A stretch of DNA of 20,353 nt from Steroidobacteraceae bacterium (GTDB lineage Bacteria; Pseudomonadota; Gammaproteobacteria; Steroidobacterales; Steroidobacteraceae), in assembly GCA_035276085.1 (NCBI GenBank), contig DATELY010000001.1, forward strand, positions 1 through 20,353. The letters run 5' to 3'. Shown here in pieces: positions 15,074-20,353 of this stretch; position 1 is the first letter of the stretch, and each line of letters starts with the position of its first letter. The notes beneath the pieces are model-generated. The model was not told the origin of the DNA. It searched no databases and worked only from the letters and a program-made list of their open reading frames with translations. A program made the position numbers and the translations under genes.

Positions 15074-15105
15074 TGTTTCTTCAACCACCATAAAGGAGGA
15101 GTTCG

Positions 15106-15678
15106 ATGAGTCCGCATATTCTCGCGCTCGACGTCGCCGGCGCTCCGCACCGGTGGATCAACGTTCGTACCGCTGCACACTACTACGCGACCGACATGAT
15201 CGCGTGGGCTGCCGGCGCGAGCGAGTTCACGCTGCGTGGTGGCACTCAGCGCTCGACGGGTTTGCAGTCACTCATTCGTGCGAGTTCGATCGTCGCCATC
15301 AAGGGCAAGGACTTCATCGTCCGCCACTTCGATCAGGTGCCGACGCTCACGAAGGAGATGCTGCTCGCTCGCGATCGATATCTGTGTTCGTACTGCGCGC
15401 AGCGGTTTCGCTTCGAGCAGCTCGACATGGAGCACATCGTGCCGCGCTCAAAGGGCGGCGAGGATTCCTGGATGAACCTCGTCGCCGCGTGCAAGGCGTG
15501 CAACAACCGTAAGGCCAACCGCACGCCGGAGGCTGCCGGCATGAAGCTGCACTACGTACCGTATGTACCGAACCGGTACGAGGCCTTCATCTTGAGCAAC
15601 CGCAAGATCCTGGCGGACCAGATGGAGTTTCTGCTCCAGGGTGTGCCGAAGGGCTCTCGAATGCACTTGAACGCCTAG
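15106..15678 (+). CDS. HNH endonuclease (190 aa)
   Basis: RBS AAAGGAGGAG 6 nt before ATG 15106. Classic HNH/zinc-finger motif CSYCAQRF...MEHIVPRSKGGEDSWMNLVAACKACNNRK (C-x2-C...H...N...C-x2-C-N). Confidence 0.85.
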   Translation: MSPHILALDVAGAPHRWINVRTAAHYYATDMIAWAAGASEFTLRGGTQRSTGLQSLIRASSIVAIKGKDFIVRHFDQVPTLTKEMLLARDRYLCSYCAQRFRFEQLDMEHIVPRSKGGEDSWMNLVAACKACNNRKANRTPEAAGMKLHYVPYVPNRYEAFILSNRKILADQMEFLLQGVPKGSRMHLNA

Positions 15679-15682
15679 GAAA

Positions 15683-15710
15683 GGCAGGCAGAGCTGCGGC
15701 TCCGCCTGCC
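15683..15710 (+). terminator. GC-rich hairpin GGCAGGC-(AGAGCTGCGGCTCC)-GCCTGCC immediately after the HNH stop; no U-tract
   Basis: 7-bp outer stem plus inner GAGC/GCTC pairing, 5 nt after the stop codon. Confidence 0.3.
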
Positions 15711-15759
15711 GCCGTACACCACTTACAACCAAACTGACACAATGAGACAGGAGGGCCCA

Positions 15760-17097
15760 ATGGAAGAGAAAACATTCTTGAGCAAGCTGGGCTCTCGCCT
15801 CTTCGCTCATCCCGGCTTTGAGAATCTCGTGGCGCTTTCAACCAGCGCCAACGGCTTCAGGCGGGAGGATGCCGTACGCCGACTTGGGATGCTGGGCGAC
15901 CCACGAGCGATCCCTTGCCTGATTGTTCGCGCCAACGATTGGGTTCCTCAGGTTCGGACGGCTGCATTCGATGCATTGATCCGAATGCTCAAGTCTGGAA
16001 ACGGCGATGCGTTCGTTACTTCACTGCCGCAGATCCTTCACCTGCAGAGCTGCAGCCGCGGCGATCACACCGAGCTGCTAGCGGCGATTCGTGAGTTTCT
16101 GCTGCGTGAGCAGAACCGAAGCGCTCTTCTCGCCGGAATGGAGAATCGAGACAGCCGTGTAGCAAGGCTCGTTACTCGCTTAGTGGTCGATCACCAGTTG
16201 ATGGCGCCTGCCGAGCTTGTGACGAAGGGTCTGGCACACAGCGATGTGCTTGTCCGGTCCATCATCGTGGATCTTTTGCAGCGGCTGACTCAGGACGAGT
16301 TCGAGACGTTGGCTGACAGGGTTCTCGGAGACACCTACATGCCAGTACGTCGCGAAGCGTTCCAACAGCTTCTGCGGCGGATGCCGGGACGGGGTACGGT
16401 AGCCGCACGGAATCTTTTGTTCGACCGATCCGCGTCGATCCGAGAGATAGCTGTTCAACACCTCCTTGCTCAGGGCGAGTCTGTCGATGAGATCTATGCC
16501 AGTGCGCTGGCAAGGAACGGCGGTCACGCAGCAACAGTCAGATGCGTGCTGTGGGGTTGGGCGCTGATGAACAATCAGGCTCGCGCTGTGCAGGTTGAGC
16601 AATTTCTCGTTTCACCTGTTCCGGCGATCCGTCGCGCTGCCCTGTCCTCAATTGGACGGCTTCTGCGCACAGCGGCAGGCCCGCATCTCGAGAAGGGTCT
16701 CGGAGATGCGTCCCCTGCTGTATGCAACGAAGCAGCTAGATTGATCAGCAGAATCGGTGTTTCCCCCGGCATCGAAACTCTCATGGCGATTGCTACTTCG
16801 AGTGGCCTTGCTCATGTTGCCTACGCTTGCTGTCGCGTAGCCCGCGACGGCAACAAGTGGAACTGGCTGAGGTTCATCCTGGGCGTGTATGGCCGCTCCG
16901 CGTGCGAGATCTCATCGGAAGTTTTCTCAAGAGAGATCGACGCGTGGGAGTGGCAGTTCAACCGCAGCTACGCACAACCGGATCCGCATCAGTTGGCGGA
17001 AGTCGTGCAGTTGTTTGCAGCCTCCCGAGATCGGCTCTCGACGGGGCGCGTTCAACTACTGGCGTTCACGCTCCGAACTTACGGTGGTGCCGTATGA
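15760..17097 (+). CDS. HEAT-repeat (PBS-lyase-type) protein, about 445 aa
   Basis: RBS AGGAGGG 6 nt before ATG 15760. The track's 15742 start lies 18 nt upstream in frame. Repeated DxxVRxxAxxALGxLGDPRAIPxL-type units (EDAVRRLGMLGDPRAIPCLIVRANDWVPQVRTAAFDALIRML; AIRRAALSSIGRLL) typical of HEAT/PBS-lyase repeats. Confidence 0.65.
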   Translation: MEEKTFLSKLGSRLFAHPGFENLVALSTSANGFRREDAVRRLGMLGDPRAIPCLIVRANDWVPQVRTAAFDALIRMLKSGNGDAFVTSLPQILHLQSCSRGDHTELLAAIREFLLREQNRSALLAGMENRDSRVARLVTRLVVDHQLMAPAELVTKGLAHSDVLVRSIIVDLLQRLTQDEFETLADRVLGDTYMPVRREAFQQLLRRMPGRGTVAARNLLFDRSASIREIAVQHLLAQGESVDEIYASALARNGGHAATVRCVLWGWALMNNQARAVQVEQFLVSPVPAIRRAALSSIGRLLRTAAGPHLEKGLGDASPAVCNEAARLISRIGVSPGIETLMAIATSSGLAHVAYACCRVARDGNKWNWLRFILGVYGRSACEISSEVFSREIDAWEWQFNRSYAQPDPHQLAEVVQLFAASRDRLSTGRVQLLAFTLRTYGGAV

Positions 17098-17127
17098 GTC
17101 GCCGCACGAACGCATAGTGCGAGAAAG

Positions 17128-17155
17128 TCGGCAGGCGGAAATGGGTCCGCCTGCC
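17128..17155 (+). terminator. Hairpin CGGCAGGCGG-AAATGGGT-CCGCCTGCCG (10-bp stem) 30 nt after the HEAT-repeat gene
   Basis: Perfect 10-bp GC-rich stem followed by GTATTC. Weak U-tract. Confidence 0.4.
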
Positions 17156-17321
17156 GCGTATTCAAAGAATTTCGATGAGCGCGCCACAACAATAGATACG
17201 GCGCTCATCGTCACCGAGGTCTAGGCCAGCGTTTCGTGTCAGCGGTTGTGGGTTCACACCACACTGGCGCGCTGCAGCTCTGCTGCTGTGTGTACCGCGC
17301 GAACGCAACCTTCACCACCAT

Positions 17322-17394
17322 TGCAATGTAGCTCAGTGGGTAGAGCAAGCAGCTCATAACTGCTCGGTCGAGGGTTCGACTCCCTCTATTGCGA
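17322..17394 (+). tRNA. tRNA-Met-like (anticodon CAT) without encoded CCA and with a weak acceptor stem (two G·U pairs including 1-72); possibly a host or degenerate copy
   Basis: Good D-arm TAGCTCAGTGGGTAGAGCA. Anticodon stem AGCAG/CTGCT with loop CTCATAA. T-arm GAGGG-TTCGACT-CCCTC. Acceptor TGCAATG/TATTGCG is imperfect. It is the only tRNA here not followed by CCA. Confidence 0.5.
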
Positions 17395-17427
17395 CGACTT
17401 TGCCAAGTCGTACTGGTAAGGCCTCAC

Positions 17428-17459
17428 GGCCCGGGGTTCGACTCCCCCTGTGGATGCCA
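17428..17459 (+). other. Orphan 3' tRNA fragment (T-arm CGGGG-TTCGACT-CCCCC + acceptor 3' strand TGTGGAT + G + CCA) with no 5' partner; candidate att-site remnant
   Basis: T-loop consensus and terminal CCA are present, but no complementary 5' acceptor or D/anticodon arms upstream. Preceded by the hairpin ACGACT-TGCCA-AGTCGT. Confidence 0.4.
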
Positions 17460-17473
17460 GTTGCATCCTCTTC

Positions 17474-17491
17474 GCGGGACGCAAGTCCCGC
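17474..17491 (+). other. Perfect 7-bp hairpin with GNRA tetraloop (GCGGGAC-GCAA-GTCCCGC)
   Basis: Read directly. Lies between the tRNA fragment and the SPFH gene. Confidence 0.4.
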
Positions 17492-17791
17492 ATCCGAGGC
17501 GCCTCAGCGATCCCTGATCTCGCTCTCGCAAGTGGGCGGGCTCACATCGCAGCGCGTACCACGCTCTGCGCATCGATGCTCTGCGTGCACCCGATCCAGC
17601 GAAGAACACAGTCGAAGAAGCGTGCGTGCCAGGGAGGCGCGCACGATGACGGCCGTATACGCGCCGGTGAGGACACGACGACCGCGATGCCCGTGCGGTA
17701 GGTGCGGGGCGGCTTCGGACCTTTTTGGACGCCGCCGCTGGATGGGCCAGCGGCGGCATTTGGGCGAGTGAAAGAAGTAAGGAGGACGAAA

Positions 17792-18937
17792 ATGACGATG
17801 AAGCGCATCACTGTCGCCCAGCATGAGCGTGCACTGGTTTGGAAGAACAAGACCTTTGCAGGTGTGCTGGAGCCGGGCAAGCACTGGCTCATCGCGCCGA
17901 TGAGCGACGTACAGGCGCAACTCTATGACCTCACGGTTCCGGAGTTCGAACACGCGCGCGTGGACTTCCTGGTGAAGGACGCGCGGGCAACGATGGAGAA
18001 GTACTTCGACATCGTGGAGCTTACCGACAGCGAAGCAGGTCTTGTCTACAAGAACGGCAAGCTGGCGGGTGTGCTCGCACCGGGCAAGCGTCAGCTCTAC
18101 TGGAAGGGCCCGATCGAAGTGAAGGTCGAGAAGATCGATCTCGCGACGGATCTGGAAGTTGCGGCGCCGATTGCCAAGCTGCTCGCACGCGCGAAGCAGC
18201 CGCTGTTGGCGCAGGCTACCGATGCCGTCAGCTCGGTCGAGGTGCCTGACACCTCCGTCGCCTTGCTGATCGTGGACGGCAAGTTCGTGAAGCTCCTCGA
18301 GCCGGGCCTGCATGTATTCTGGAAGTTCCAGCGCACGGTGAAGGTCGAACTCGTGGATCGCCGCGTGCAGACCATGGAAGTCTCGGGTCAGGACATCCTG
18401 ACCAAGGACAAGGTCAGCCTGCGCGTCAACCTGACTGCCTTGTGGCAGGTGGAAGACGTCGTGCAGGCACGTACCTCGCTGCAGAACTTCGTGGAGTCCA
18501 TCTACAAGGAACTGCAGTTCGCACTGCGCGAGGCGATCGGCAGCCGTACGCTCGATGAGCTGCTGGGTGCCAAGGGCGATCTGGATCGCGAGATCCAGGC
18601 GTCGGCACGCGGCAAGATCGAGCAACACGGCATCAAGCTCGCGAGCGTGGGTATCAAGGACGTGATCCTGCCAGGTGAGATGAAGGAGATCCTTAACCGC
18701 GTCGTGGAAGCCGAGAAGGTCGCGCAGGCGAACCTGATCAAGCGTCGTGAAGAGACCGCGGCAACGCGTTCGCTTCTGAACACGGCCCGCCTCATGGACG
18801 AGAACCCGACGCTGCTGCGTCTGAAGGAGCTGGAGACGCTGGAAAAGGTCACGGAGAAGGTCGACAAGTTGACCGTCTTCGGCGGCCTCGACGGCGTGCT
18901 GAAGGACGTCGTGCGCATTCAGGTGCCTGCGAACTGA
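17792..18937 (+). CDS. SPFH/band-7 (stomatin/prohibitin-like) domain protein, no predicted TM, three N-terminal short repeats
   Basis: RBS AAGGAGG 6 nt before ATG 17792. SPFH core DILTKDKVSLRVNLTALWQVEDVVQARTSL...ELLGAKGDLDREIQ...HGIKLASVGIKDVILPGEMKEILNRVVEAEKVAQANLIKRREETAA. N-terminal repeats FAGVLEPGKHWLIAP / LAGVLAPGKRQLYWKGP / FVKLLEPGLHVFWKFQ. The antisense 510-aa ORF is a shadow. Confidence 0.8.
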   Translation: MTMKRITVAQHERALVWKNKTFAGVLEPGKHWLIAPMSDVQAQLYDLTVPEFEHARVDFLVKDARATMEKYFDIVELTDSEAGLVYKNGKLAGVLAPGKRQLYWKGPIEVKVEKIDLATDLEVAAPIAKLLARAKQPLLAQATDAVSSVEVPDTSVALLIVDGKFVKLLEPGLHVFWKFQRTVKVELVDRRVQTMEVSGQDILTKDKVSLRVNLTALWQVEDVVQARTSLQNFVESIYKELQFALREAIGSRTLDELLGAKGDLDREIQASARGKIEQHGIKLASVGIKDVILPGEMKEILNRVVEAEKVAQANLIKRREETAATRSLLNTARLMDENPTLLRLKELETLEKVTEKVDKLTVFGGLDGVLKDVVRIQVPAN

Positions 18938-18960
18938 GTGAGTGACGACAACACCAACGG

Positions 18961-18990
18961 GAGCCCGGTCGAAAGATCGGGCTCTTTTTT
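18961..18990 (+). terminator. Rho-independent terminator GAGCCCG-GTCGAAAGAT-CGGGCTC followed by TTTTTTT
   Basis: 7-bp GC stem, 10-nt loop and a T7 tract 24 nt after the SPFH stop. Confidence 0.8.
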
Positions 18991-19205
18991 TACGACTGAG
19001 GAGATCACCATGCGTAACAAGACACAGAACTGGCACGAGTGCTTTCGAGCCGATGAGTAAGCGCCGGCGAGGCTATCCGTCGGAACAGCGCGTGAAGCGC
19101 GGAACGCGCATCGTGCACGGGGACAAGGAGTTGACACTAGCTGCAGTCGTCATGAGAGTGACGCCCGGAGAAGCTGCATTGCCCGGACGGCCTGGCCTAA
19201 GACGC

Positions 19206-20353
19206 CTAGCTGTGCCCCGGCTCCGCCGCCGTCACCACGACGTCCGGAACAATTCCACGCGAAGCGATAGCAACCTGGCTTGCCTTGGCGAGTCCCGCAA
19301 GTCCCTCTTCGCTCAATCCCACTTCTTTGACGAGGCTGTCGATCACCGGGCCAAAAGCGCGGTACTTCATCGCGGCGTTGACGGCCTGCTCCGCAAGATT
19401 GCCACCACCTGCACCCGCGGCAGCGACGCTTGCGGCTGTCGTGGAGGATGTGCCGCCTGCTCCGTTCAATCCGTCGACCTGCATGATGCGAATTGAATCG
19501 ATCTGCTCCATCGGCTTTACAGCTTCCTCGATGATCTTCGGCAACGCGGCAATCAGTGCCAGCTTCGCCTGCAAATTGACCTGCGAATCGGAAAGGGTGT
19601 TGATAGCTTCATTCAGTGCTCGCTTACCGGCGGCCTCGACCTCGTAGTTGTCACGATTCGCCTTCGCCAATGTGCGGATCGCCTCGGCACGAGACTCGGA
19701 TGCCTGTTTCTCTGCGTTCGCTGCAACTGTGATGCCGATCGCTTGCTGTTCAGCCTGCTGAGCAGCCTCGACTAGCGCGATGCGCTTCGCACGCTCCGCT
19801 GCCGCAACCTCCTCCGCCGTCTTGACCCCTTGTTCGGCAGTGACCGCCTCGGCGAGCGCGTGATTCGCGCTAGCTTGAGCGCGTGACTGCTCTTCGGACT
19901 TTTGCGCCACTGCGATCTGTTTGACCTGTTCCGCCAGCTCGGTTTCTCGCTGCTGCGCAATCGAGGCGATTTGCACCTCGCGATCAGCTTCGATCTGGCG
20001 CTCACGCAGTCTCTGTTCCTTCGACACCTCGGCGGCTTTGATCGCGCGCTGCGCCTCGATGCGAGCCTCTTCCTGTTCGCGTTGCTTGTCCGCCTGGATC
20101 TTTGCCACTGTCGCAGACTGTTCGGCTTCGCGCGCGGAGACTTCCTGCTGTTGTGCAAGTTCGGCGAAACGGCGGTTGCGATCAATCTCAAGCTGCTGTT
20201 GTTTCGCTTCGAAGTTCTTCTTCGAGATGGCCACGGTCGTGTCTTGTTCGATCTCGTTACGTTCCTTGCTGCGACGCTGAGTTTGCTCCGTGAGGCGGGT
20301 CAAGCCTTCTGCGTCGAAGGCATTGTTCGGATCGAAGAAGCTCATTCCGGTCT
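19206..20353 (-). CDS. Flotillin-like protein (YqiK/FloA-type), C-terminal coiled-coil and flotillin tail; 5' end probably beyond the window
   Basis: A/E/Q/R-rich heptad-like coiled coil (AEQ...EAR repeats). C-terminal [17 protein letters not shown]...[22 protein letters not shown] matches the flotillin C-terminal region. No SPFH core in the visible part, so the ATG at 20345 is probably internal. Confidence 0.6.
   Translation of the reverse strand, partial: TGMSFFDPNNAFDAEGLTRLTEQTQRRSKERNEIEQDTTVAISKKNFEAKQQQLEIDRNRRFAELAQQQEVSAREAEQSATVAKIQADKQREQEEARIEAQRAIKAAEVSKEQRLRERQIEADREVQIASIAQQRETELAEQVKQIAVAQKSEEQSRAQASANHALAEAVTAEQGVKTAEEVAAAERAKRIALVEAAQQAEQQAIGITVAANAEKQASESRAEAIRTLAKANRDNYEVEAAGKRALNEAINTLSDSQVNLQAKLALIAALPKIIEEAVKPMEQIDSIRIMQVDGLNGAGGTSSTTAASVAAAGAGGGNLAEQAVNAAMKYRAFGPVIDSLVKEVGLSEEGLAGLAKASQVAIASRGIVPDVVVTAAEPGHS

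Noticed and set aside
12076-15093. Multiple 60-160-aa ORFs (12076-12567 minus, 12479-12898 minus, 14414-14866 plus, 14632-15093 plus, and others) across the tRNA array
   Set aside because: They run straight through well-folded tRNA genes. They are an artefact of stop-codon-poor GC-rich tRNA sequence.
17504-19036. 510-aa ORF on the minus strand
   Set aside because: It lies antisense to the SPFH gene, which has a strong RBS, clear SPFH motifs and a downstream terminator. The antisense translation is Arg/Leu-rich with no motifs. This is a typical GC-rich shadow ORF.
19010-19060. 16-codon micro-ORF ([16 protein letters not shown]) with GAGGAG RBS just after the SPFH terminator
   Set aside because: Too short to support. 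It could be a chance ORF in the intergenic region between convergent genes.

Overview
High-GC bacterial accessory region with three parts. (1) 470-9705: a tightly packed, same-strand four-gene operon. It encodes a membrane-anchored TerB-N/TerB/TerB-C protein, a BrxD-like (DUF2791-type) P-loop ATPase, an Lhr-like DEAD/DEAH helicase (BrxHI-like), and an 1125-aa fusion protein (Cas4/RecB-type Fe-S nuclease + DnaQ/RNase-H-like domain + SF1B Upf1/DNA2-like helicase). I predict this is a DNA-processing or anti-phage module. (2) 10600-17460: a mobile-element-style tRNA gene array of about 27 tRNA genes, all with encoded CCA and clustered by isoacceptor. Within it lie an RtcB RNA ligase gene, an HNH endonuclease, a HEAT-repeat protein, a small ORF, two aberrant tRNA-like loci with long insertions directly downstream of rtcB, a class II tRNA with a Cys (GCA) anticodon, a tandem structured repeat, and at the distal end a defective tRNA-Met-like gene plus a 3' tRNA fragment that may mark an integration boundary. 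(3) 17792-20353: convergent SPFH/band-7 and flotillin-like genes, the latter truncated at the window edge. No rRNA, CRISPR array or transposase was seen. The remaining six-frame ORFs look like antisense or shadow ORFs, which are common in GC-rich DNA. All functional calls rest on motif reading without database searches.
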